A stretch of 64,000 bases of DNA from Eledone cirrhosa (taxonomy: Eukaryota): assembly GCA_964016885.1 (NCBI GenBank), contig OZ024742.1:140554001-140618000 (forward strand). Reading direction: 5' to 3'. Below are positions 25,265-39,200 of the stretch, piece by piece. A program made the position numbers and the translations under genes. Numbering within the stretch: the first letter of the stretch is position 1; the number at the start of each line of letters is the position of its first letter. Under the pieces are notes generated by a model. It did no database searches, had not been told where the DNA came from, and saw only the letters and a list, made by a program, of their open reading frames with translations.

Positions 25265-25365
25265 CTGATGCTTGGTTAATACATCAGATTCATAAATAAA
25301 CATGTACGGTCGCTACCTGCTCGACTGATACACACTAAACCAAACTTTCCAACAATTTCTTCAAT
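25265..25365 (-). pseudogene. NMNAT: Orphan, frameshifted exon of nicotinamide mononucleotide adenylyltransferase
   Basis: IEEIVGKFGLVCISRAGSD[1-nt deletion]YMFIYESDVLTKHQ|gtgagt matches the NMNAT motif IVxxFGLxCxxRxGxDxxxFIYESDVLxKH. Acceptor reads ctactg, not ag. Confidence 0.82.
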
Positions 25366-25902
25366 CAGTAGAATGTTTCATATATATATATATATACCCA
25401 TGCTAGCGTGGAAGATGGACGTTAAACAATGATAATGGTTTCTACTTTAGGCACAAGGCCAGCAATTAACCAGTGCATTACTGGTACTTTATTTTATCAA
25501 CCCCGTAAGGATGAAAGGCAAAGTCAACCTCGGCGGGATTTGAACTCAGATTGTAAAGGGACATAACTATGCTGGAAAGCATATGTTAAACAATGATAAT
25601 GACAGACAGACACACACACACGAGAAATGAAATGATTGGTATTATTTAGTCTAAAATTAGACTGCATGAAAGACAACTGAAAATTAGATTGAAAATGTGT
25701 TAGTTTTTTTTAGTTTTTTTTATTTAACAGTAAAATGTACAATTTTAATTTAGACTTTCACATTGGCAATGTGTGCAACCCACTACATCACATAAAAAAC
25801 CCCACTCTTTCGACCGCAAGAGACAGTGGACAAATTGCAAAGATTTTGTTTCACAATTTTAAGGACAGTATATATTTTTAAGAACCAAGATTTTCTTTAT
25901 TT

Positions 25903-25942
<40 letters not shown>

Positions 25943-26994
25943 TGTCAAGCATGCATACATTATATATATATATATATATGGTTAAAAGTTTTTATGATGA
26001 AATTAATAGATTTATATATGCGAAATATAGTCGGAAAAAAATGGATAGAACTGCATACAGGATCCAAACCACGTATCTGTTGTATATTAGACCATTGCAT
26101 AGGCCACTACACTAAAATGGCCTGACAGCTTTTTGATATCTAACTGGACTAACTGCAATTGTCTACCTCCTGTCATATCACATGACTTCTACTGGTAAGA
26201 GGAGCTGCTACTGAACTAATATATGTAGTTCTGTTATTTTTTTTTAAAATCAAATTTCACATGTATAAATGTATTATGAAAATTTTATATATATATATAC
26301 ACACACACATGCACACCGAGGTTTCCTTGACAGTTGAATTCAAAAAGATCTTTATGAAGAAAATGGTTTGATTACAATAGAAATAACCAAGTTTTAACCA
26401 GATCTATTCATGGTCAACTATATATACAGTGTAGTGTCTAACTGCCAGTTTGTTTAGGATTATATTTATTGTTTAGATTTAGATTATTTTATGGATGTAC
26501 GTATGATTGAGATTAAGTTTTTTTTTTCTAAAGATCAAATAGAGCTAAGAAAGACCTTTAAAGCTGATGTGCCCTTCCTTGGCATGTTGTATGTATTATA
26601 TAAAGTGTTTCTGGAAAGATATCAAAATAAATAAAACATTTAAGTTAATCTCTTTTGAGCCAAGAGTATCATCAGGCCAGAGCTTACCATGCTTTCATGT
26701 GGCATAATGCAGCTCTAAGTAGAAGACACTCCTTTTGGTAGGATGCCAGTCCATCACAAGGTTAACCTCTCCAGCTGCTGGAACTCATTTTTCAGCTAAG
26801 TGGACTGGAACAATGTGAAATAAAGTACCTTGCTCAAGGATTCAATGCACCACCTGGCTGCGTACTTTCACATAACCATTCATAAAAAATGAAAAATTAA
26901 AAAAATATATAATGAAATGACTGCTAAAAGATTCTATGTGTATGCTTACTAACATATGTATACAAACTAATATGTATGTATACATACATATAGT

Positions 26995-27000
26995 TTTATT
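26995..27000 (-). promoter_or_regulatory. Candidate VPS28 polyadenylation signal
   Basis: AATAAA on the minus strand about 105 nt past the stop codon; AT-rich context weakens it. Confidence 0.3.
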
Positions 27001-27105
27001 TTTGTTTGTATTATTTTTTTAACAGAATATAACAGAATACCTTTATACTGAGATGCTGGCTCAATTGTGCTCCATTATAATAGGCATGAAAATATATATT
27101 GTTAT

Positions 27106-27229
27106 TTAAATGTTATCGTGCAACACACGGTTGAAATCATTGTATGCACTCTCCAGATCAAACAACATCTGTCGCACTTGATTATCATTTAGTTCCTCTG
27201 ATGCATGCATTGCACTCAATGTAGTCAAC
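27106..27229 (-). CDS. VPS28: VPS28 terminal coding exon
   Basis: taacag|G TTG ACT...[14 protein letters not shown]...ATT TAA. Confidence 0.95.
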
Positions 27230-30200
27230 CTGTTAAACGATATACACAGATCAAAATATAACAACAATTAAAGTAATAAACATTAAAACTTAACCCCCCC
27301 CATTATCATAATTCAAATAATTTTCAGGGATTTAATAATGTAAACTAACTTTCTCGTTATTAAGCTGATATTTAAAGCATAATCTTACAACTTTATAATG
27401 GAAGATTTTTAGATAAATATAATGATATGAAGACGGGTAAGGCGGCTGGGCCTTCGGAAATAGTTGCTGAGATGCTGAAGGCATCTGGTTCGGTGGGACA
27501 CACCATGGTCACCCGGATAGTTAACCAAGTCGTACAGAATGGGGTTGTTCCGAAGGAATGGCGTAGCAGCATCATCGTTAACTGCTATAAGGGAAAAGGA
27601 GATGCCCTAGATAGGAGTAACTATAGAGGCATTAAATTAATCGACCAGGTCATGAAGGTCACGGAAAAAGTAATAGCGCAACTAATCAGAGAGAGAATTG
27701 ATCTAGATGAAATGCAGTTCGGGTTTGTGTCAGGCAAAAGTACCACAGACGCTCTTTTCATTGTACGACAACTACAAGAGAAGTACCTAGCTAAAAGTAA
27801 ACCCCTATACTTAGCTTTCGTCGACTTGGAGAAAGCCTTCGACAGAGTCCCCCGTTCCATTATCTGGTGGTCTCTTAGAAAACTAGGTGTTGACGAATGG
27901 CTTGTGAGAGCTATACAAGCCATGTATAAAGAAACAGTCAGTAAGGTTAGAATTAACAACGAATATAGTGAAGAGTTTAGCGTAAAAGTTGGTGTCCATC
28001 AGGGCTCTGTTCTTAGCCCCCTACTATTTATTATTGCCCTTCAGGCTATAACAGAGGAGTTCAAGACCGGCTGCCCATGGGAACTCCTATACGCAGATGA
28101 TCTAACGCTCATAGCTGAATCAATGACCGAACTAGAGAAGAAATTCCAAACGTGGAAGCACGGCCTAGAATCAAAAGGCCTTAAAATTAACCTGGCTAAG
28201 ACTAAAGTTCTAGTTTGTAGGAAAGAAAATAAGGCGGCGGTCCCATCGGGGAAATGGCCATGCTCAGTGTGTAGGAAAGGCGTAGGTAGAAACTCCATTT
28301 TATGTCCCAAATGCAAAGTATGGGTGCATAAAAGATGTAGTGGGATCACAGGTAAGCTAACTAAGAAGATAGATTTTACATGTGGCCGGTGCTCTGGTGC
28401 AATAAGTAGCAGCAAGTGCCCACAAAATACTAGCTCCTTCAACTGCGCAGAGGGTTCTATAGAAATAGTGGACAGCTTCCGTTATCTGGGTGACAAAATC
28501 AGCAGTGGGGGAGGGTGCTCTGAAAGTACAGTAGCTAGAGTCAGAACTGGATGGAAAAAGTTCAGAGAGCTTATACCACTATTAGCCGCTAGAGGGTTCT
28601 CCCTAAAAATGAAAGGCAGGTTATACGATGCCTGCATACGAACAGCAATGCTGCATGGCAGTGAGACCTGGGCATTGTGTGCAGAGGATATACGCAGACT
28701 AGAGAGGAACGAAGCTTGCATGCTCCGCTGGATGTGCAATAGTAATATACGTGAACGGCAAAGCATAAACGAACTAAGGAAAAAATTAGAAATAAGAGGG
28801 ATCAGATGTTGTTTACTCGAGAGAAGGCTACGTTGGTATGGTCACGTGATGCGCATGAAAGACGACAGCTGTATAACAAAGTGCAGGGCAATAAAGATAG
28901 ACGGTAGCCACAGAGTAGGCAGACCCAGAAAAACATGGGACGAGCTGATAAATTCCGACCTCACACGCTTACACCTCTCCAAGACAATGTCACTGGACCG
29001 AGACCTTTGGCGGTACTCAGTAATAGAGAAGACCCGCCTTACCTAAATACAAAGTAAAAACCTACTACAGTCAGTAGGCATCTCTATCAAAACACCCCCC
29101 CCCCCCGTCCCACCACCTCCACCCCACCCACACCGCCCCTTTCAATGTAAAGTTATGTTGGTCCCACAACATCCAGGCCGAAACAAATGAGATCGTGTAG
29201 GTGTCACGACAAAAAAACACACAGTCCACGCTGTAAATGTGGCCGTGTAGGCAACACAGTAAAAACCTCCCAGCCCCACACTGTAAATGTGGTTGGTGTT
29301 AGGAAGGGCATCCAGCTGTAGAAAACCCGCCAGACAGTCCACGCTGTAATGTGGCCGTGTAGGCAACACGGTAAAAACCTCCCAGACCCACACTGTAAAT
29401 GTGGTTGGTGTTAGGAAGGGCATCCAACTGTAGAAAACCCGCCAGACAGTCCTATGCGAGCAAGACAACCACTCTTGCCTCAAGTGGGAAAACCCCCGTC
29501 CAAACCCATGCAAGCGTGGAACACGGACGCTAAACCTGATGATGATGATGATGATGATGATCATTTAACATCATGCATTTTATCATGGCACCCACACTAA
29601 GGAGGTCATGTCCTTGACACAACTAAAGAATCCTCTTAACCTTTTCTTGGCAAGTTTTCTAGCAAGGTTGTTATGGCCCTTTTTCACATGATTTCTACAA
29701 TTGGATACTATTCCTATCCCCCACCACCTTATACTGGATGCATTTTTAATGTAGAACCAGCACTAAGGAGGTTGTCAGTATTTGATTTAACTGAAGAGCC
29801 CTCTCTACTCTATGGGGAGGGTAGGATGGTAGAGAGGATGATAAGTATGATTATGGCATATCACTAGTCAGTTTGATCTTGTGCCATCTTCATGAGGTTC
29901 AGTTTCTTTATCTATAACTCTGTTGTAGCCTAGAGGACTATAAAGAACAGGAAGGGGCTGAGAACTGAACCCGCTGGAAAATATAAATTGTCAACTCATC
30001 ATCATTTAATGTCCATTTTTCCTGCTAACAAGGGTTGGATGATAGGTCATCACAGACCAAGTGAGTACTTAATAAGAGTAACTGACTGCCAAGACAGGCC
30101 AAGGGTTCGCATCTCATGGATAAATGTGGAATGCTTCACAAAAAAATATTAGTAAATGTCTGAAAATTAGAAGTGTATTACAAACCATTTTGATACTTTT

Positions 30201-33200
30201 TCTTTTCCTTCAAAGTCTTGTGGTAATAAACTGAGACGTGTCATAGTCTCCATCAATTCACGAAGGTCTGGCTGAATCTAGAAATGTACAAATCTCTCAT
30301 AATTAAAACATCATTAATCAACTATGGAAACAGTCTTACTCCTTTTAAACATAAATCTAACAAAACAATTTCAAGTGTTACCTTAACTTAATATAAATCT
30401 TTAACATAATAAACCAAGTCCTAGTGTTACCTTGACTATGGAATGAAATCTAATTTTGGCACAAGGCCAGCAATTTTAAGGGAAGGGGGATAGTTGATTA
30501 TATCAACCCCAGTATTTGACTAAAGCTTTATTTTATTGTCCCCAGAAGGATGAAAGGGAAGTTGACCTCGGTGGGGTTTGAACTCAGCATGTAAAAGAAT
30601 GGGAACTAATACTGTTATGCATTTGTCTGATGCTCTAACAACTTTGTGAGAACTACTGAGGACTGTTGTCCTCCACACTAAATATATATATGGAAGGATA
30701 AATCCCTCTATAATTAGGGCAATCTCTCATCTCCCTTTTTGAAAATTGGGTCTATCATTCCAGATTGCCATTGCTCAGGTGCATTTCCAGCAACCCAAGC
30801 CAGCCAGCACACTTGAATCAATCAGAGAATACCTTCTCTATTTAATGCTTTTAACACCTCGGGCTGAATTTCATCCTTCCCAAAGGCTTTGCCATATTTG
30901 AGCTTTTTAATTGCTCAGCCTCCGAGAGGTTAGTCATCGCTCCTAGATGAACCTCATGTACATCAGAAAATGTTGTTGTGAACAGAATACTTTATTTGCT
31001 GATCTAAAGTCAGATTTCAGCTTAATCCTCCCATGTCTTAACTTTGGATGATTTATTATTTCTGCTGTGACCTCCTGTGCTTGCTTGTACTGCAAATGCA
31101 ACAATGAGGACTTATTTCCAGGTCAGGCTTTGTAAACTTCCTTCTTTGCTCAGTGTTGTAAAGGCTGAGACACTCATCCTCTCAAGTGCAGTGCACTCTA
31201 CATGTGAATAGAGTTCCACTGAAGCAGGGGAAGAAGTTCAAGTATATTGGGAGCCATGTTCACGAGTGATGGAAGGCAGGAGGCTGAATTAAGTGCAAGA
31301 ATTCCAGGAGCAGGTGCAGTAATGTGCCAGCTTCAGCATTCGGTCATCAGAAGAGGAGAGGTAAGTGTAAAAGCTGAACATGTTATCTTCAATTCCATAT
31401 TCGTGCCAAGCCTTACCTATGGGACATGAATCTTGGGTAACAACTGAAATAATACGATTGAGAATACAAGTGACCAGCATGGGGTTCTTCAAAAGGGTCT
31501 TTGGAGTAATGTTACTTGATTGGGTGAATAACTAAGAGATCAGGAAGTCTCTCAAAGTAAAGCTTCTACTTCTCTGAATTGAGAGATCATAGATCCAAGA
31601 CTATGGATATGTGGTCAGAATGTCTAAGGAAAGAATCACTGGTTATATTTTACAGGCAAAGCCAACCAGCAGGAGACTCCGAACAAGATGGTTGATTAAC
31701 ATCTATAAGCTCAGCTGGTCTTGCTTAGTGATTCAGCCAGATCAAATAGAGACAGTTGCCTCTGACAGGAGTAACTGGAAGACATGCTTAAGGACTCTAC
31801 CTCCCAGGAATAAGTGGGCAAAGTTCTTAAGTATGTGTGTGAGTATGTATGTATTTTTTAGCTTATGGAATGTGTGAGTTTATAGTGATAGGGAGCCTCT
31901 AAAGTCTGATCCTACCATAAAATACAGACAGATGAAGCAACCAAGCTGAAACTTTGAAGTTATTGCCACTTTTCTACTCAGAAAATTAAATTTACACTCT
32001 ACCTACAAGTATTTAGTGCTCATTCAAATAAAGTTTGAATGTTTTAAATATAATGGTATTTTAAATACCCAATCTAGTATTATATTAAGTATGCGAGACT
32101 ACCATGTTAGAACATTTTTGCTAGATAATGTATCCAGATGCGTGTGAAATTTATATTTAATCAAATACTGAGAGCTAAAAATGTCAGAATAGGACCTTTA
32201 TGGAAAAGTTCATTTCATTAAGACATAGAACATAACAGAAAATATATATTTCTTCAAAATCTAATTATTATAATGATGATTATGGTGAATATAACATATA
32301 TATGTGTTTTAATATTCAAAACAAACTAAGTTCAATATGAGAGCAAAAGAATTGTATTCATTATCATTTTACGTCTGTTTTTTCATGCTGAGATGAGTTT
32401 GACTGGATGTTACGAACCAAATCAGCAATTAATTGGAGCTAATATACTCTTAGATGGCTTGGGTCCCATATCTCATTTACATACATTCCAATTTTGGCAT
32501 GGTTTCTCTGGATGAATGACTTTCCTAAAGTCAGTCACTTTACAGAATGTACTGGGTGATTTTATTGTGATACCAGCACTAGGTATTGTTATGTCCTTAA
32601 TGTGACTGAACATTCTCTTAACCTTGTATTTTGTTGAGAAATTTAAATTATGATTAACACTAAAACATATCTGATTCTAGTAAAAATTTTGTTAATTAGA
32701 TAGGCATAATCATTTGGAAGTTGAAGGAATTGGATACATGATTTATCATTATAATCATTATTTTACAGCTGCTTTCCATTTCCATGCTGGCATGTGTTGA
32801 CCAGTTCTTATTCAGTTACTACCTTCATCCCAAGTCAAGGGATCACGCCCTGCTCATACATTCCAAATTTTAGCAGTTTCTACAGCTGGATGCCTTTCCT
32901 AACACCAACTGGTTTATAGAGTATAGGGTGTATAATTACATTTTAAATAGTTCTTAGGATTCAAAGTAATATTTGCTTACCTCATCCATAGCACGGATTT
33001 CCAGCCTTAATTTATCCATGACTGTAATAAAAAGCTGAAAGGGAGAAAAGATAATAATTATAATAATTTGCTACAATATATATATACACTAATTCTTATA
33101 TAACATTTTAAATAGCAGTGACTTCCTTCTCAACAAAGTATTTGTAAAGTGATACAAATTCTAAGGCAGCATAGGCTTGAATAAAAATTACAATGCTCCA

Positions 33201-36200
33201 GCATGGTCACAACCAACAGGCTAGAATCAATAAAAAGGAATAGTTACTTCTATTTGGTATACATTAATAATTACAAACAGTTTATCATCATCATCTTATG
33301 TTAGCTTTTCATTAATAACAATTAATTTCGCAATGCCATTATAGCATTAGATTGAATATTTTTCAGGTCTTTGTGCACTGAGTTCAAATCCTGCCATGGT
33401 CAACTTTGCCTTTTATTCTTTCAGGGTTGGGGGAGGGTGAATAAAGTACCAATCCATAGCAATCGATTGGTAAAATTGTTTAAGTGTTGTACAAGATTTC
33501 TTATGTTATTTGTTCTGGCAGTGTGTTTTGAATTCAAATCCCACCTATAACCAGAGGGCCACAGCGAATTATAAAAGCTGCAATGCGGCAGTCTACAACT
33601 GCAGTCGAACATTGATGATGATTTTAAAAGACAAAAAGAAAACATACTTACTGATACAATATCTGCAATACATTTGCTTGTGTTTCCTTTATCATCTTTG
33701 ATGGTAATAGGACGATCCTCTTTTATCCGTTCCAAGGCAGCAGGACAGTCAAGCTAGATAAATGAAATTATATCATTAGTTTGTAATATATATAAGGTAG
33801 CAAATTACCAGTTATTAGAGTATAGGATTAAATGCAAAAAGTATTTGTTCTGGCTCTTTGCACCCAGAGTTCAAATCATACCAGGATCCACTTCATCCTT
33901 AAAGGATCAATAAAATAAGAGACTAGTGGATTGGTGGAATTGTTAGAGTGTTGGAGGAGATGCCTTGTGGTATTTCTTCTCATTCTTTGCATTCTGAGTT
34001 CAATTCCTACTTTGACCTATTTAGGTTGTAGATTTACTATATTGCCCAATTTAACACCACCACCTGGCCTATGGGGGTTCTTTAATGGAAACCATTTTGT
34101 TTCAAGATTTGAACTGTATCTCCAGTTTTAGGACACCTTCCTCCCTCTTACTAGTCTCAGAGGCCCTAAAAAGGGGCACTGGCACTGTACTCTCCTCTCT
34201 GACTAAACAGTATTAAAAAATAGCTCAGGAAGTTAGATGTAAATGAATTTGGAAGAACAGTGAAGTTTATATAGAAATTAACAATATATTTACTCAAAGG
34301 TTTGTTGTTTATCCCATGGTTAGATCTGTAATCAAAGATATTCCAGCCATGACCATATCCATCTTTTCACAGGCATTGCATATCTTAGTTGTACTTATGT
34401 CAGTGTTCACTCAGGATAACTTGAGCAGGTTCTAACTAGTGAATCCACATCAAAAACAGAAACCAACTATGCATGGCAATCACAAACATACAATGCGGAT
34501 ATTGTCAGTCAGTCATGATTCCAATGGCAGACACCATATATGCGAGGACCAGATATTACGTCAAGATCCAACTTGAAAATGCTAATCCACATTTTCAGCT
34601 GTCCACTTTCCCATTTATGCCTACCCAGGAGAAGTTCTGGTATGATTGAATTAAATATCTAGGACTAAGTGTCTTTCCACTATGTAAGGTGTAATTTAAC
34701 TGCCTCATTCTGATAATATTTAGAACCTGATTGTGTTCCACTCAGAATCAGTTCTAAGTAATCTGCTCTCATACAAATATTTGCATGAATAAAAATATCT
34801 TTTATTAAAGAACCAGTAAGAAGTGGGCGAATTGGCAGAGTTGCTCAGGTCAGCTTTGTCTTTCATCCTTTTGGGGTCGATAAAATACCAGCCCACGAGC
34901 AACGGATTGGCAGAATTGTTAAAGTTATTTGTTCCAACCCAGTACATTCTGAGTTCAAATCCCACCTCCTGTCACTAGAAAAGTGATGACACTTTTACCA
35001 GGAGTTCTGACTAGCAGATTATTATTAGTATGTGAAACTATCTGCTTCGCCTGATGTGACAATTGGTTTCCTTAGTAAAATATATTTAAATGTTTTTGCA
35101 GTCAACATTAGCAAGAGAGGCAAGGGCTTTGAATACATCACTCAACTTGCTTCATCTGGCAACCAAAATTTTTAAAATAGGTGAAGTGGGGGTGAGGGCA
35201 CATACTTCAAAATTTAATTTTCAGTCCCTTCATAACTATATTTCTAATGAGATACACTACATATGACTTAACTTATTTTTAAAATTAATCAAGAATTTGG
35301 CAACATTTAGTATCACAACTTTGTCTTTATTAGTTTTGTGTTTGGAGGCAGTGGATTGGTGAAGTTGTTACTTCACATTCTGAGTTCAAATCTCACCAAG
35401 GTTAACTTTGCCTTTGAGTCTTTCAAGGTTGATATAATAAAATACCAGCAACGTACTGAGTTGATATAATCAATTTTTCACTTCCTGCCAACTGCTGGCT
35501 TTATGACTAAATTAGAAATCATTATTAGTTTTAACATAACAAAAAATTCTTTTAAGCATGAATATTTTAAAACAAAAGGTTGTGTATCTTAGAAACAGAG
35601 AGAGTTTCAGGCAAGTTGGTGCCAAGAGTTAACCCTTTCATGAACAAATTCCTAATGAATTAAAATTATGTCCATGAAAAAGAGTGAAAAGTAGTAAAAA
35701 GAAATTAAACATTTTGAGACCATTTTCCATGCAAAGGTTAGCATTGCAGTCCCCATGATAGGTTTGGTTTCATACTCATCATGGGATCCTGTTTGAAGTA
35801 ATATTTTACAGATGGATGGCCTTCCTAATTCCAGCCTTTTTAATAACCTCCTACAACAAAAAGGGATGATGAATCTAACCCATGCTAGCGTGGAAAATGG
35901 ACGTTAAACGAAGGTGATGATGATGAATGAAATAAGACAAAGCTAGAAGCAATTTCTTTTTGTGCTCTAACTTACTCTGCTTTTTTTTTTTTTACAACCA
36001 ACAGTTTAGGTACCTTCTTCACTCAAATCTACTTGTTTCTCATTTTACAGAATGTACTGGGTGCAGTTTATTGTATCACTAGCACTAGAGAGATTGACAC
36101 AACTGAAGGGTCCTCTGAACCCATCTTTTGGCATGGTTTCTACAGTTGGATGCCTTTCCTATCACCAACCACACACAGACGACATGCTTCAGCACAGTTT

Positions 36201-39200
36201 CACTCAAAACACAGTCAACCCAAGGCTATAGTAAAAGACATTTGCCTAAAGTGCATTACCACACAGCTATGTCGGAAAATAACGCCCCCCCCCCCCCCCC
36301 CCCCCCAAAAAAAAACATGACTTGAGCCAATTTTTTAAATGCTATACATTCAGTAATTCTACAATGGGCTACCTACACGGTATTTCTTCATGAAGTCTTC
36401 AACAGCAGGAAAAGCATTACACTGAACTTGTTTGAAGGCTGCCTTATACTGAACCAACAGTTTGGAACAAGCTGCCGTATATCTGAAAAAAAGATATAGT
36501 GATACAATACAAATGAGTAGTAAATTAAAAAAGAAAATCAAAACAATGTTTTAACCCTTTCATTACCATATTTCTAATGAATGACAATGTCTATGGTTTT
36601 CAAATAATTTTGAAAATAATCAAGAATTTACAGGGATTTAGTAATATAACTAACATTCTCATTATTAAGCTGGTTCTTATATAAAAATTATAGTGGAATG
36701 TTTTTAGATCAATATAAACACTTTAGTAGAATCATGGTAGTTTCGGGTAATTTGGTAAGAAAAGAGTTAACCATTTCTTTATTATATTTCTAATGAAAGA
36801 CACTGCCTATGGTTTTCAAATCATTTAACCCTTTAGCATTTAAACCGGCCGTATCCAGCCAGAATTCTCTCACCTCTTTTATTCAAACCGGCCGTAACCA
36901 GCTGCTCACACTGATGCTAATGTATTGTTCTCAAAATAAATATCAAAATGTCATAGATTCGATGTAATGTGAGATAGTTATGTAAGATGAAGTGTTTACA
37001 GTGAAAATACAATAATATATATAGAGTAATGTAAATGCTAAAGAGTTTTAATAATCAAGAATTTGAAGAGATTAAATTGTTGTTTGGAGCAAAACTTTTA
37101 TATCAAATTATGATGGAAATAGAACAAAGGGTGACTACGTGTGGTTTGGTATCAAAGAGTTAATATTAAACAGAGGCCAACCTGGAGAAGAAAGATCTGG
37201 AAGCTGAAAGTCCCCTCAACCAGTAACAGATTTAAAGATATTTTACTCAACGCCTACGACAGTAAAGAAGAACAGATAGAGACATTTAACGTAGAAGAGA
37301 ACTGGGAGTTCCTAAAAAATAACTTACTAGAGGCGACGGATGAGGTTTGTGGCTGGAGTAAGACCTCAAGCAGGAGGAGAGTGACTTGGTGGTGGAACAA
37401 TAAGGTAGATGAAGCAGTCAAGGCCAAGAGACAGGCATGGAAAGAATGGAAGAACGGGGGGAGCAGGGTACATTACATAGAGACCAAGAGGGAAGCTAGG
37501 CGACAAGTATACTTAGCTAGGAGGGAAGCAGAGGATAGAAAATTCAAGCATGTTTTACAACGTGAGGACCAGAAACAGGAGGTATTCAAGATTGCGAGGC
37601 AGTGTGTCAGAGATAGTTGTGATGTCATTGGAGAGAAGTGTATCCGGAATGATAAAGGTGAGCTTGCCCTCACAAGTGCTGAGAAGAAAGATGCATGGAA
37701 GAGTCATTATGATAGATTACTAAATGAGGAGAATGCATGGGAAGAAGAGACCCTACCCCACGTAGACCCTATAGAGGGACCAGCAGTACAAGTCAGCGGC
37801 AGCGTAGTAAGTAAGGCAATCAGAGATATGAAGATAGGGAAGGCAACCGGTCCATCGGGTATAGCTGCCGAGATGCTGAAGGCATCTGGGTCTGTAGGTC
37901 ACACTATAACCACACGTATCGTTAACCAGGTAATACTAGAGGGGGCCATACCAAAAGATTGGTGCAGTAGCATCATTGTCAACTGCTACAAAGGTAAAGG
38001 CGATGCACTAGATAGAGGAAACTATAGAGGTATAAAGTTGATGGACCAGGTCATGAAAGTAACAGAAAGAGTTATAGCACAGCTGATTAGGGACCGGGTG
38101 AATATAGACGAGATGCAATTTGGGTTTGTACCAGGGAAAGGCACCACTGATGCGCTCTTCCTTGTGAGGCAATTACAGGAAAAGTACCTAGCTAAAAGTA
38201 AGCCACTCTACTTGGCATTTGTCGACCTTGAGAAAGCCTTTGACAGAGTTCCACGTGCAGTAATCTGGTGGGCTCTTAGAAAACTAGGAGTAGATGAATG
38301 GCTTGTGAAAGCGGTACAAGCCATGTATAGGGGAGCAGTCAGCAAAGTTAGGATTGGCAATGAGTATAGCGAGGAATTTAGCGTACAGGTTGGGGTCCAC
38401 CAGGGCTCTGTTCTTAGCCCTCTCCTGTTCATCATAGTCCTGCAGGCAATAACGGAGGAGTTTAAGACCGGATGCCCATGGGAACTCCTGTATGCTGATG
38501 ACCTCGCACTCATAGCTGAATCTATGGTAGAACTAGAGAATAAATTCCAAACCTGGAAGCAGGGACTAGAGAGAAAGGGCCTCAAAGTCAACATGACAAA
38601 GACTAAGGTCCTTATAAGTAGACGAGAAAACAGAACCCAGATCCCCTCAGGGAAATGGCCTTGCTCAGTATGTAGGAAAGGTGTAGGTAGGAACTCCATT
38701 CTTTGCCCCAAATGCAAACAATGGGTACACAAGAGATGTAGCGGGATCTCAGGAAGCTTAATTAAGAATGTAGGATTCACATGCAGCAGCTGTGCTGAAA
38801 CAGCAAGCAAACAGCCACAGGAAACAAGTACCACCAATCTCTGGGAGGGCCCTGTAGAAACAGTAGACAGCTTCTGCTACCTAGGTGACCGAATTAGCAA
38901 CGGAGGTGGGTGCTCAGAAAGTACAATAACTAGGGTAAGAACGGGATGGAAGAAGTTTAGGGAACTACTACCACTGCTAGCTGCAAAAGGCTTCTCCCTC
39001 AGAATGAAAGGCAGACTGTATGATGCGTGTATCCGAACAGCGATGTTGCATGGTAGTGAGACCTGGGCGCTGAAGGTGGAAGACTTACGTAGATTAGAGA
39101 GAAACGAAGCCTGCATGCTCCGATGGATGTGTAACAGTAATATACGTGAACGACAAAGCATAAATGAATTGAGAGAGAGACTGAGCATAAGAGGAATCAA

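Noticed and set aside
25985-26040. ATGATGA...GAAATATAGTC hammerhead-like string
   Set aside because: Core C3 is mutated and stem II is poor.
27621-28766. Antisense ORFs over the RTE elements (also 38208-39323)
   Set aside because: Shadow frames of the RT coding strand.
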